From: a virus
IMG/VR virus record: IMGVR_UViG_3300044568_004391
Coordinates: 1 to 64,000 of that record
DNA: 64,000 bases
Reading direction: 5' to 3' (one strand)
Part shown: positions 40,599-50,451 of the stretch, piece by piece
How the letters are laid out: every line of letters begins with the position of its first letter
Position numbering within the stretch: the stretch's first letter is position 1
Position numbers and translations under genes: made by a program
Notes under the pieces: model-generated
The model's input: the letters and a program-made list of their open reading frames with translations, nothing else
Database searches by the model: none
Told to the model about the DNA's origin: nothing

Positions 40599-40769
40599 AT
40601 GAAAGATATTATTAAAAGGGTTCTTCATACTTGGAAAGAAGAAACCACCGAAGAGAAATATAAAAAACCAAGGAAGTATAGTAAATCCTATTGTAAATCT
40701 ACACCTTGTTCGGAGATGGGGTTTTCACAAAAGGCATCTTGTAGACCATACAAAAATTGTTATAATTAA
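40599..40769 (+). CDS. 56-aa basic Cys-containing protein (not in ORF track)
   Basis: MKDIIKRVLHTWKEE...YCKSTPCSEMGFSQKASCRPYKNCYN after TATTTAT. Confidence 0.6.
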   Translation: MKDIIKRVLHTWKEETTEEKYKKPRKYSKSYCKSTPCSEMGFSQKASCRPYKNCYN

Positions 40770-40819
40770 TTTGCCTTTTTGGATTTTATTTCTTATACTT
40801 AAATCAAAATATTATCATC

Positions 40820-41662
40820 GTGTTATCCTATATTGGCGGTAAGAGCAAAATCGCACCCAAACTTATTATACCCAACATCCCAACGGATATTGAAACTTTT
40901 ATTGAGATCTTTGGTGGAATGTTTTGGACATTCTTCAATATGGATCTCAAAAAATATCCAAACCTTAATAGGGTTGTATATAACGACTTCAATCCTTTGA
41001 ATTATAACTTATTCAAGTGTGTTCAAAATCCATCTGAATTACTCAAAGCTATTAATTCGATTGATTGTCAAAAGGTTGGAGTTGAAGATACTCCCGAAAT
41101 CTTTAAAGAACAATTTGTTCAATTTCAATCTGAACTATTTAATAAGGAGTTGGTTATTTCGGATTGTGATTATGAACTTGCCGCGAAATATGTTTATATC
41201 TTAACACAAGTTTTCAGTGGATCAAAGCCTGAAACATCGAACTTTATTGACCTCAAAGGAAAATACAAATCCAAGTATTTGACCTTCCGTGATAAGTTGT
41301 CCAAACCTGATTGGATTGATCATTTCTTGAAGATCACAGATGTGGAGAACTTAGATTTTGAGTTGGCGGTAAAGAAATATGATTCGAAGTCAACCTACCT
41401 TTACTTGGACCCCCCCTATTGGAAAACAGAGAACTATTATTCCAATCACGATTTTGATAGGAATGACCATGAGAGACTAGCAAATATTTTGAAGGGTGTT
41501 GAAGGTAAGTTCTCTCTGTCTTATTATGACTTCCCACTTTTGTCGGAATGGTTTCCGAAGGATGAATACCGTTGGGAGTCACAGGAATTTGCGAAAGCTG
41601 CGGCAGCTAAGAAGGGTAAAAAGCAAAATAACGCTGTTGAGTTATTGATTATGAATTATTGA
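40820..41662 (+). CDS. Dam-like (D12 class) DNA adenine methyltransferase
   Basis: YIGGKSK, EIFGG, YND, YLDPPY, ELLIMNY. Confidence 0.85.
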   Translation: MLSYIGGKSKIAPKLIIPNIPTDIETFIEIFGGMFWTFFNMDLKKYPNLNRVVYNDFNPLNYNLFKCVQNPSELLKAINSIDCQKVGVEDTPEIFKEQFVQFQSELFNKELVISDCDYELAAKYVYILTQVFSGSKPETSNFIDLKGKYKSKYLTFRDKLSKPDWIDHFLKITDVENLDFELAVKKYDSKSTYLYLDPPYWKTENYYSNHDFDRNDHERLANILKGVEGKFSLSYYDFPLLSEWFPKDEYRWESQEFAKAAAAKKGKKQNNAVELLIMNY

Positions 41663-41687
41663 TATATTTATAATAAAAAATATCGAT

Positions 41688-43133
41688 ATGAAATTTGTTA
41701 AAATTTTAAAGCAACTCATTCTTGAGGCAAAAAACACAGAAGAACTATTAAACACTTATGCTTATGGTGAAAAAAAATCAGACAAAGGTAAGGTTAAAAG
41801 ATCTTTGATGACACCTGAGGAGTTGATGGTGATCATAGCTAATGACCCCACATCAAGGATTAAAGGTCTTCGACCAGAAAATGTTGTCAACCAATTATAT
41901 AACCCAACGATAAAAGATTCTCAAGATTATATTGATCTTGGTCTCGAAGCGGTTGAAAAACCTGGTGATTATACTGAATGGATCATCACACAGTTAAGGA
42001 AATTGGCGATCAAGGTGGACCAAGAGGTTCCATTCAAAGAAAACAGAGAAGCATTTGAAAGAGCCTATCAAAGGGCTAGACGTCTATTTTTTGAAGACCT
42101 ATTTAAAGTGAAACAGGATTTAATTAGATTTCATGCTAATAAAAAGACCGATAGGATTGAGAAAAAAGATATTAATCAATATGCTAACTTTGATGAATTG
42201 GAATCTGTTGTTGCATCACTACCACTAGAGACTGCAACAACAACAAGATCTGAAAGAAGAGAATCCAAAGTTCACCCTGGAGCTGAGATGGTTTTTGAAA
42301 GTCCAAATTGGGATATTATTAAAATTGAAAGACAAGACGAACTTGGAAGAGAGGCGGCTTGTTTCTATGGTGGAAATCAATTGAGAAAAGAAAGAGGAGA
42401 GACCAATTGGTGTACATCAGCACCAAATGCATCTGGACCTTTCAAAAATTACATCAGTAAAGGACCATTATTTGTTTTAATTCCAAAAGGTGGAAACACA
42501 ACGTTTGGCCCTAAAGATGTAGGAGATATTTCAGGTCTTCCTTCAAGAAGATATCAATTCCACTTTGAAGACAAACAATTTATGGATCCAGATGACAGTC
42601 AGATAGATTTGCTTGAATTTTTCGGACCGGGAGGAGAAATGGAAGAACTCAAAGAATTCTTCAGACCCTATTTTGGTAAAATATTCTTGAAGGGTGAAAA
42701 TACCAATAACAAAACTTTTAAATTGGAATATCCTTCAGGTGGAGCATCGAAGTATGCTGCAATTTATGGATTGGATACAATCATCGATTCTATTCCTGAT
42801 TCCATCACCACATTCGAAGTCATCAATAAAAGTAATACACCACTCGATCTAAAAATAGATGAAGATTTTGTGAAAAAATTCAGTAACTTAAAAGCACTTC
42901 ATTTACATAATGCGGTCTCATCACTCCCAAGTAATTTGGGTGATTTGAATCTTAAGTTCTTGGCAGTCACAAACTCAAAAAATATCGATGAAATCCCTCA
43001 ATCAGTTGACAGATTGGTTGAAGATGGAACTCTTACCTTAGCAAGTTTTGCCGGAAGCAATCCAAACTTGAAATTACCAGAAAAACTCCAAAAAGCTCTT
43101 GAAGATGGAGATATTATTGGTTATTTTGGATAA
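41688..43133 (+). CDS. KDINQY/WCT-family hypothetical protein with LRR-like C-terminus
   Basis: KKDINQY, ACFYG..TNWCTS, YQFHF; LxxLP-like repeats at the end. Confidence 0.6.
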   Translation: MKFVKILKQLILEAKNTEELLNTYAYGEKKSDKGKVKRSLMTPEELMVIIANDPTSRIKGLRPENVVNQLYNPTIKDSQDYIDLGLEAVEKPGDYTEWIITQLRKLAIKVDQEVPFKENREAFERAYQRARRLFFEDLFKVKQDLIRFHANKKTDRIEKKDINQYANFDELESVVASLPLETATTTRSERRESKVHPGAEMVFESPNWDIIKIERQDELGREAACFYGGNQLRKERGETNWCTSAPNASGPFKNYISKGPLFVLIPKGGNTTFGPKDVGDISGLPSRRYQFHFEDKQFMDPDDSQIDLLEFFGPGGEMEELKEFFRPYFGKIFLKGENTNNKTFKLEYPSGGASKYAAIYGLDTIIDSIPDSITTFEVINKSNTPLDLKIDEDFVKKFSNLKALHLHNAVSSLPSNLGDLNLKFLAVTNSKNIDEIPQSVDRLVEDGTLTLASFAGSNPNLKLPEKLQKALEDGDIIGYFG

Positions 43134-43144
43134 AAAAGGAACCT

Positions 43145-43423
43145 ATGAACATCGATTGCGAAATTTATATCAAAAATTTTGTAACATTTTTTAACAACAA
43201 CCCAAACGATCTTCGGAATCTGATTGGTGATGTCCAAAAGGACATTTTTTATGGTAAGGTAAGGGATATGGTTCACAAGAAATGTGATGAAGGTGAAGAG
43301 TATATCCTTACGCAACAAGAACTTTTGAAGATATTGGTTGATATTCACAATCAATATTCCAAACCCAAAGACCCCGAACCTTATGTTCAGATGACAAATT
43401 TCGGTCCGTTATTTTTGAATTAA
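43145..43423 (+). CDS. hypothetical protein
   Basis: 92-aa ORF. Confidence 0.55.
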   Translation: MNIDCEIYIKNFVTFFNNNPNDLRNLIGDVQKDIFYGKVRDMVHKKCDEGEEYILTQQELLKILVDIHNQYSKPKDPEPYVQMTNFGPLFLN

Positions 43424-43427
43424 ACCC

Positions 43428-44996
43428 ATGAAAAACTACGAGTCATTCTATTTCAAGAGTCTTGGGAACACATGTGCTTTGGAAAAAATTGAAAAGGACG
43501 AATTCTATACTCTATTCAAAGAACCTCTCCTTTTGACTAAGGTTTCTTTAAGTTGGGAGATCATTGATAATGATGATATGGTCAAACTGAAGATGTCCAT
43601 CTTCAACGAAAACAAAAGAATTGAGAGTGTATATTTTAGGAAAGAGATAAAAACTTTGGTTTTTATTTTTAAGAAAAAGACAGGTCTTTTCTATTTTGGT
43701 GAATATACAAAACCATTTAGAAAAAAGAAGATGGTCGGAACTATCAAAACTTTTCCTCAGGTATGTATGACTGACAAATTTATTGGTCAACTGAGGGTTC
43801 TTTTCAAGATGTTACAATCTTCCGATTGGAAGAAGTCTCAATTTGTGAAAGATTATGTTGTAGAATACAGAGGTATTTTGGAAGAATACCAAAACAAAGT
43901 ATTAGACTTCATTGGATACCCAAGAGAAAAGATGAGATTAACGGATTTCGTATTTCTTCTAAAACTTAGAAAGTATGATGTTAAGATTCCAAATAATTGG
44001 ACAACATTTGTTTATATGTACTTACATAAAAAAAATGTAAAATTGAACAATTATAATTTGGTTGATTGTTTCCTGATGAGAAACGATAAAATAGGAAATA
44101 TATATACCAAAAAATATAAAAAGTTTTTCAATACTGCTGACATTACTCCTTTAGATGCGATAAATATAGTCGGCAACCTTAGAATTCTGAAAAGTTTGGT
44201 CGGTCCGGATTATTTTAAAGAATATGATTTGAATGATTTAAAAGAAAATTTGCATGGTTTTTCGTTTTTTAGTAGTCAGTTCATTCAACACATAACAAAT
44301 CAGGATAGATTGAATATACATAGATATATCTTGAAGTCTTTAGAGGTTGGAAATCGTAATTTACTCTCTTTACATGATCACTTGGGTTATATTCATGAAT
44401 TACACGAAAGAATAGGCACAAGTCCAAGATTTGTATTTAAATCATTGGAGGAATTTGAGAATGAACACTATGAATTATCCAATATGGTTCATAAAATGAG
44501 AAATGGGTATATGGTTAGAAATTATGACCCTAAATTTGAAAAACTGTTTTATGATAGTTTTGATGGGTTTGAAGTTAAGTTATTGAAAAATTCAGATGAA
44601 TACGTTGAAGAATCAAACCATCAAAGAAACTGTGTAAAAACATACACAAAAGACAAAGATTGTTTCATTCTTTCCCTCAGAGATAGTGATAATAAAAGGA
44701 TTACTATTGAATATGAAAAAAGTTATAATGGGGTTATACGTAAACAAACTTACGGATTCGCAAATTCACAGGTGGATTTGAATATCTACGGAAAGGCATT
44801 ATCTACGTTGGATACAACAATAGAAAAGTATTTCAAAAAAACAGATGACTTCCAATATGAAATGATCACCAAAACAATAATAAACGAATTTTACCAATAT
44901 ACACATCCCCAAAAAATATCTTGGAAAAATTTGGAAAGGAAGGATTCTTATAGTATCTTTGAAGAAGAAAATTTCAACTTTACAACTAATTTTTAA
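43428..44996 (+). CDS. PcfJ-like domain protein
   Basis: H..L, EES.HQ.NCV.TY, ILSLR, RITIE, Q..G..N. Confidence 0.65.
   Translation: MKNYESFYFKSLGNTCALEKIEKDEFYTLFKEPLLLTKVSLSWEIIDNDDMVKLKMSIFNENKRIESVYFRKEIKTLVFIFKKKTGLFYFGEYTKPFRKKKMVGTIKTFPQVCMTDKFIGQLRVLFKMLQSSDWKKSQFVKDYVVEYRGILEEYQNKVLDFIGYPREKMRLTDFVFLLKLRKYDVKIPNNWTTFVYMYLHKKNVKLNNYNLVDCFLMRNDKIGNIYTKKYKKFFNTADITPLDAINIVGNLRILKSLVGPDYFKEYDLNDLKENLHGFSFFSSQFIQHITNQDRLNIHRYILKSLEVGNRNLLSLHDHLGYIHELHERIGTSPRFVFKSLEEFENEHYELSNMVHKMRNGYMVRNYDPKFEKLFYDSFDGFEVKLLKNSDEYVEESNHQRNCVKTYTKDKDCFILSLRDSDNKRITIEYEKSYNGVIRKQTYGFANSQVDLNIYGKALSTLDTTIEKYFKKTDDFQYEMITKTIINEFYQYTHPQKISWKNLERKDSYSIFEEENFNFTTNF
44930..44961 (+). promoter_or_regulatory. 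Bacteroidota-type promoter inside the 3' end of the PcfJ-like gene
   Basis: TTTG-N20-TATCTTTG upstream of the 45000 ORF. Confidence 0.55.
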
Positions 44997-44999
44997 ACC

Positions 45000-45143
45000 A
45001 TGAAAAAAGCAGGTTCAGCTCAAGCAGGTCAGTATGTCAGTCGTGGAAAAACTGACCGTCCGGGTATTCATTCGAAATGCCGCACATCAAATCATAAACG
45101 ATCCAAGAACTATAAAAAGACATATCGAGGTCAGGGTCGATAA
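45000..45143 (+). CDS. 47-aa basic protein ending YRGQGR (not in ORF track)
   Basis: MKKAGSAQAGQYVSRGKTDRPGIHSKCRTSNHKRSKNYKKTYRGQGR. Confidence 0.75.
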   Translation: MKKAGSAQAGQYVSRGKTDRPGIHSKCRTSNHKRSKNYKKTYRGQGR

Positions 45144-45460
45144 TGATTGAGTTTTCCGAAGTATTTCAAAGACTTTCAACAGAGTGGAACGAGGTTCCCT
45201 CTGTTTTTTATTTTCAAAACGTTGACAACGACTTTATTGGTGAATACTTAGAAAAGTCGGAAAAGGTTTTTGAGATCTCTGAATTTATAGGTTTAGAAAA
45301 ACAGATAAATGAAGTTTTACTTTCCATAAAGTCAACTTATAATATCTTTATAAAAAGAAATAAAGAACGTAATAATTTTGATATTTATTACATAACACAA
45401 AGATCAAAAGTAGATGAAGTTCTATTTCATATAAATTATAAACTAAGAAAAAAGAAATGA
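45143..45460 (+). CDS. hypothetical protein
   Basis: TAATG coupling to the upstream gene. Confidence 0.55.
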   Translation: MIEFSEVFQRLSTEWNEVPSVFYFQNVDNDFIGEYLEKSEKVFEISEFIGLEKQINEVLLSIKSTYNIFIKRNKERNNFDIYYITQRSKVDEVLFHINYKLRKKK

Positions 45461-45771
45461 TACAAGTTTTAACAAGAGAAGAAGTCCAACAAAAGTTGAG
45501 TAACAAGGAGACATTTATCCTCGATTTTTATGCTGACTGGTGTGGTCCATGCCGTATGTTGGGTCAAAATTTAACAGCTCTTTTGAGTGAGGAAAAAGAT
45601 TTTCCTATCTATAAATTCGATATTGAAGCGGACAGAGAATTTGCTGTCCAACACGGAGTTAGAAGTATTCCGTACATCAAATTCTTCAAAGAAGGTGAAG
45701 AGTTTAAACAAAGGGTGGGTATGGTTTCTAATCAGATCATAAAAGAAGAATATCAAAGTATGTTAAACTGA
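45457..45771 (+). CDS. trxA: thioredoxin
   Basis: DFYADWCGPC, VRSIP. Confidence 0.9.
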   Translation: MIQVLTREEVQQKLSNKETFILDFYADWCGPCRMLGQNLTALLSEEKDFPIYKFDIEADREFAVQHGVRSIPYIKFFKEGEEFKQRVGMVSNQIIKEEYQSMLN

Positions 45772-46130
45772 TGAATGGTAATTTAATTTTTGTTTACTCT
45801 ATGGAAGGTTGTCCTTGGTGTAAACTCCTTAAAGAAAAGTTGACAGAATCCAATATTGATTTTATTGATCGACCCATTGAAAAATACGATTATGAGTACG
45901 CTAAATTCAAAACCGTCACTAAGAACGATCTTGTTCCTGCGATGGTGATGATGAGGCTTCCACAAGTCCTCAAAGAAGATAGTAAGGCTGAAAAGTTAGT
46001 TTATCTCTGTCCTGACACGGACTTTAAAGACTTGGATGAAGCATTAACTAAAGTAATTGAATTTGTAAACTACCACGAACACGATCTTATTATCGACAAC
46101 GGGTCAAATAATGATCAAGTCGTTGATTAA
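45771..46130 (+). CDS. glutaredoxin-like protein
   Basis: YSMEGCPWC, VP motif. Confidence 0.75.
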   Translation: MNGNLIFVYSMEGCPWCKLLKEKLTESNIDFIDRPIEKYDYEYAKFKTVTKNDLVPAMVMMRLPQVLKEDSKAEKLVYLCPDTDFKDLDEALTKVIEFVNYHEHDLIIDNGSNNDQVVD

Positions 46131-46919
46131 TCTATCTTCAGTAATACTGTGAGTCATTTTGAAAGTCATTTCAGAGTGACTCATTTCTTTTTTATACTTT
46201 ATTCTGAAGGACTCAAAGTCGAAATCAAAGTAATCCTCAATTATATTTCTAACATACGATTCTGAATACATTAAATTATCGTAATTGACTATATCGAAAA
46301 GATCTGTTGATGTATTATATCTAAGTTGAATTATGTCATTGATATTATATCGAATTAATTCTTCTGCGATTTTATTAAGATAGTAAACAACTATCCTACC
46401 TGCTTTTGATGACAAACCGTGGTAACCATTTGAATTTTTAAATTTGGGGTTAGTCTTTACAACATATTCAGAGGTTAAAAGATGATTAGAACAATCATAT
46501 AGAGTAATACTACCATCTGTTTCAAAACTATATTTATCAAATCCATTACTCAGGAATTCAGATTCTAATATGGTTTCTTTTTTTGTTTTTGTAGTGTAAC
46601 CTCTATCACTAATATTCACGTAGAAATTAAATCTCTCGACTACTGAACCTACACCGTATTCGATATGATCTACAACACTCAAAGGGTGTTCTAATTCAAA
46701 GTCTTTACCATATTTCTCAAAAAACTTTTGAGATACTTCTCCCATATTTAATATTTCTTTACTGTCACAATTCCCTAAAACAAGGATCATTTTCGAAAAA
46801 GATAAACATTGGAGATCACATAACACTTTGTCATCCAAGAGTTCGAATTCGTCGACAACAAAGTCTACGAAGGTGTTGAGGAGGTGTATGTCTGAATATT
46901 TTGAATATACTAAATTCAT
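46104..46919 (-). CDS. degenerate S-adenosylmethionine synthetase (MetK)-like protein
   Basis: Pattern similarity to MetK N- and C-terminal domains (D...D, MILVLGN, HG..S...R...Y....IA, YFDF); catalytic motifs absent. Confidence 0.4.
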   Translation of the reverse strand: MNLVYSKYSDIHLLNTFVDFVVDEFELLDDKVLCDLQCLSFSKMILVLGNCDSKEILNMGEVSQKFFEKYGKDFELEHPLSVVDHIEYGVGSVVERFNFYVNISDRGYTTKTKKETILESEFLSNGFDKYSFETDGSITLYDCSNHLLTSEYVVKTNPKFKNSNGYHGLSSKAGRIVVYYLNKIAEELIRYNINDIIQLRYNTSTDLFDIVNYDNLMYSESYVRNIIEDYFDFDFESFRIKYKKEMSHSEMTFKMTHSITEDRLINDLIII

Positions 46920-46965
46920 GATTAATTTTTTATAAATTTATTTAATTTAAAATAAACTATAAATA

Positions 46966-46993
46966 GAAAATGGAGGACAATGTCCTCCATTTC
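46966..46993 (-). terminator. intrinsic terminator
   Basis: aaatggaggac-aat-gtcctccattt inverted repeat with T run on the minus strand. Confidence 0.7.
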
Positions 46994-47013
46994 ATAAATT
47001 AACCCAAGATCAA

Positions 47014-47151
47014 TTATTGAGCGTCGTTGGATTTATTGTAGTATTTCTCGACAGTCTTTTTGATAACGTCTTGGTTAGTTGACTCAGTTGTTACATTTTG
47101 TGTTTGAACATTCTGAGTTTGGTTTTGTTTATTTTTGCATCCGCAACCCAT
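47014..47151 (-). CDS. 45-aa MGCGCK protein (not in ORF track)
   Basis: MGCGCKNKQNQTQNVQ...VEKYYNKSNDAQ between a minus-strand TATTTATA and a terminator. Confidence 0.65.
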   Translation of the reverse strand: MGCGCKNKQNQTQNVQTQNVTTESTNQDVIKKTVEKYYNKSNDAQ

Positions 47152-47243
47152 TTTACAATTTTTTTTTGAGGTTTATATACCTATAAATATTAAGATCTTT
47201 CTTTTAAAGTGTAAATCCTTCATATTTATAAATAAAATTTAAT

Positions 47244-48770
47244 ATGAAATTTTATGATTTTTTGATACTAGAGAATGAGAAATTTAAACAAAAGTTTGAT
47301 TCGGGAAGGTATCGTAAAATAGAGAGTATTGCTCAAAGATCTTTAGATCAAAATGATATAATTGAATTTTTGGGTGAAAATTTAGATTCACTATACGGTG
47401 ATGAACAGTTATTTGAATTGAAGGATTTGATTGTCAATTTCAAACAAGTAAAAGAATTTTTGGATAAGAAGTCTTTGAAGGAGTATAGTTCTTCAGAAGA
47501 ATTGAAACAAGCATTGAATAATTTAAAGAAAGATATGTTAAATTTGAATACATCTGCTGATGTAATTAAAGTTTACGAAGATGAAAATTATGTTTTGGTT
47601 TATCCTGAAAACTTTACCTCCGCTAAATTATATGGGGGTCTGATCAATAATCCATATTCTGTTTCCAAAGATGAAATTAAGTATTTGAAAGAAAAATTAT
47701 ATGGTGTCACTTTCTATTTAATACCCAAAAATGGTAGTGAATTTACTTACAAAATAACATATAAATTTGGAGATGAGTTTATGATATTCGACAAGGGGGG
47801 TACAAGAATCGGAATAAATCGAATTGATAGATCTATTTTACAAAAATGTAGAGACTTTGTTTACGAAAAATTCAAAAAAATAGTTAATATCTTTGAAGAT
47901 GATTATTTGAAAGAAAAATATATTGCTCTTAATTTGGAAGGTATTGAACAAAAAGCTAAACAAAATCAAGACAAACTTAGACAAGAGGACGCCTGGTTTG
48001 GAACCGATATTGGAAACAGAGCAAAGGCGGCTTTCGAATATTCTAAGGATTATCGTAATGCTGGTTTTGAAGAATTACGTGATATTTACGACTTATATTG
48101 GGACGGTTATGCTGAGTTCAGTACAGAACCTGAAGGGGAGGGTGTGGTCTTCAGAGTTTTAAACCAAGAAGAAGCGGACAACGAATCACAACAATATTGG
48201 GAAAGTTATGTTGATGATGTTGATCCGACAGAGGCATTTAGTCGAAGTTATTTAAATCATTTTCTCGATGAAGAAAAAATCAAAGAATATTTTTGGTCAC
48301 TTATGGAGGACCAAATCAAAGATGATCTCGAATCGTATTTCGAAGTTGAAGAATTACCCATCAATTCATACGACCAAAGAAAAATTGATAGGTTAAAAAG
48401 TGAAAAAGATTCCCTTCAACAGGAAATAGATAATGAAGAGATGAGTGATGAGGACATTAAAAGTCATCAAGAAAGAATAGATGAAATTGATTTGGAAATT
48501 GAAGAGATAGAAGAAAATGCTGAAAGGGAACCAACCAGTAATCAGATCGAAGAAAAAATCGATGAAGAATGGTATGATGTATCAAGGGGAAGTTTGATCG
48601 ATTGGATTGAGGATATAGGGTTGGATTTAGGGGATTTTCTAGATACTGAAGCGTTAATCAAAAATTTAATAAGTGACGGTGAATATGGTTCATCATTATC
48701 TACATATGATGGTGATTACAACTATTATAATATGGACGGAAAGGATTATTATGCTTTTAGAATTTCATGA
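47244..48770 (+). CDS. hypothetical protein, divergent KDINQY/WCT-family N-terminus with acidic C-terminus
   Basis: KKSLKEYSS.EEL, VYEDENYVLVYP....A.LYG. Confidence 0.55.
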   Translation: MKFYDFLILENEKFKQKFDSGRYRKIESIAQRSLDQNDIIEFLGENLDSLYGDEQLFELKDLIVNFKQVKEFLDKKSLKEYSSSEELKQALNNLKKDMLNLNTSADVIKVYEDENYVLVYPENFTSAKLYGGLINNPYSVSKDEIKYLKEKLYGVTFYLIPKNGSEFTYKITYKFGDEFMIFDKGGTRIGINRIDRSILQKCRDFVYEKFKKIVNIFEDDYLKEKYIALNLEGIEQKAKQNQDKLRQEDAWFGTDIGNRAKAAFEYSKDYRNAGFEELRDIYDLYWDGYAEFSTEPEGEGVVFRVLNQEEADNESQQYWESYVDDVDPTEAFSRSYLNHFLDEEKIKEYFWSLMEDQIKDDLESYFEVEELPINSYDQRKIDRLKSEKDSLQQEIDNEEMSDEDIKSHQERIDEIDLEIEEIEENAEREPTSNQIEEKIDEEWYDVSRGSLIDWIEDIGLDLGDFLDTEALIKNLISDGEYGSSLSTYDGDYNYYNMDGKDYYAFRIS

Positions 48771-49756
48771 CAAAAAATACACTCATTAAAGAAGGAAGGA
48801 GAGAAGATATACTCACCAAAGACCCTGAACAATTCAGAGTACCTTCTGAACAAGAAGTAGATACTCCTTTTCATAAAAAAACAAATTATAAATACTTAAA
48901 TTGGGTCTTCGACCAGTATAACAAAAACGAAGATTATTCATTCGAAGAATTATCCAATATAGTGGAGAGGTTCGATAAGATAAGTAAAAACCTGACCAAA
49001 AAAGACATCAACCAATACAAGGATCTTGATGAACTTTTGAATATCTTCAAATTCTACGGATCGACCAAAGAAGAAAAAAAGTCGGGAAAAAAAGTATTAC
49101 TTGACACGGATGATTTTTTGGTTATTCGACCACTCACCCGTGAAGCATCATGTTATTATGGAGCCAACACCAAATGGTGTACCTCTGCAACTGCGGAGGG
49201 TAAGAACAAATTCGAACAGTATGCTTCCACTGGAAAGTTATATTATATCATATCAAGAAAACCTTTGGATATGAAAAATTGGAATAAGGTGGCGATATAT
49301 GTAGATGATTATTATGGTGGTGAAGTCTTCTATGATAATTTGGATGTCACCATGAACAAACAACAATCAGAAGACTATCTGTCAATTTTATCTTCAGATG
49401 TAATTGAATCCATAAGAAATGATTATTCAAGCGATGAAAATCAGGATAAATGGAGAAACCTAAAAAATGTTTTATACAATTATCCATATGTAAAATTTAA
49501 ATCCAACGGTCATGTAATTGGAATGTGGGGTGAAAATGATAAGTTGAATTTTATAATTGATGATGATGAGTTTTTTGGGATTGTGGATGGAAATAAAGTT
49601 GTTTTTTATTCACAGGACAAACCTATTGTTGAAGAAATAAAAATTGATAATTTTTTGAGATCGGCCGTTTACCGAAATGTAGGAATTCCATTTAAGAATT
49701 TGGTTTATTTATCTTTTGTAAATTTTCTTGTATCTTTTATAAAGAAAATCTATTAG
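48767..49756 (+). CDS. KDINQY/WCT-family hypothetical protein
   Basis: KKDINQY, LVIRPLT.EASCYYG.NTKWCTS. Confidence 0.6.
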   Translation: MTKNTLIKEGRREDILTKDPEQFRVPSEQEVDTPFHKKTNYKYLNWVFDQYNKNEDYSFEELSNIVERFDKISKNLTKKDINQYKDLDELLNIFKFYGSTKEEKKSGKKVLLDTDDFLVIRPLTREASCYYGANTKWCTSATAEGKNKFEQYASTGKLYYIISRKPLDMKNWNKVAIYVDDYYGGEVFYDNLDVTMNKQQSEDYLSILSSDVIESIRNDYSSDENQDKWRNLKNVLYNYPYVKFKSNGHVIGMWGENDKLNFIIDDDEFFGIVDGNKVVFYSQDKPIVEEIKIDNFLRSAVYRNVGIPFKNLVYLSFVNFLVSFIKKIY

Positions 49757-49758
49757 TC

Positions 49759-50451
49759 TTGAGAAAAGAAATGTATTTACCATACAACTGGATGTTCAAA
49801 TTACCAGTTGATCTCGAACATAAAAAATATGTTCTACTAGCCACATTTCAGAAATATGATAATGATTTTGATGAACTCAAAATTTATCCTACCTTCACTG
49901 AAATTAGTTTTCATTTTGCCGATGCGATGACCATATTGAATGATGGGAAATTCTTGGCATTCAAAAACGCATTTGAATATACCACTCATAACCTTCAGAT
50001 TGACGAACTACAAGCAGGAGAAGTTCCGAGAGAATTTTATAAGATGGATGACTTCAAAGAATACGTTGAATATTCTAAGTCAACACATATGAAATACTTT
50101 GGATTGTTTGAATCATTATGGAAAAAAGTAAATTGGAGCACCCAAGTCCTGACAAAAGAAAACTTCGACATGTTGTCGTTGGGGAAAGGTTATGTTGATT
50201 TGGTTTACAGAGGTGAAAATCTTTATTTTGTGTATGAAAGAAAGATGAAGTCCCCCAAATCGAATCAATACTATGTTGAAATAAAGGCAATTAAAGACCT
50301 CAACGAAAGGAATGAAATATTACCAGTTTTGGAAGTCAGGACTGATGATTTCTTTCCACTTAATGAGTCTGTATTACCCTGTCTTCAATCAAGGATTAAC
50401 CATATAATTGAAGAGACGTTGAGAATTGATATATTCAAAAAGGTAATATGA
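49759..50451 (+). CDS. hypothetical protein
   Basis: P.DLEHKKYVLL motif; start could be 49771. Confidence 0.6.
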   Translation: MRKEMYLPYNWMFKLPVDLEHKKYVLLATFQKYDNDFDELKIYPTFTEISFHFADAMTILNDGKFLAFKNAFEYTTHNLQIDELQAGEVPREFYKMDDFKEYVEYSKSTHMKYFGLFESLWKKVNWSTQVLTKENFDMLSLGKGYVDLVYRGENLYFVYERKMKSPKSNQYYVEIKAIKDLNERNEILPVLEVRTDDFFPLNESVLPCLQSRINHIIEETLRIDIFKKVI

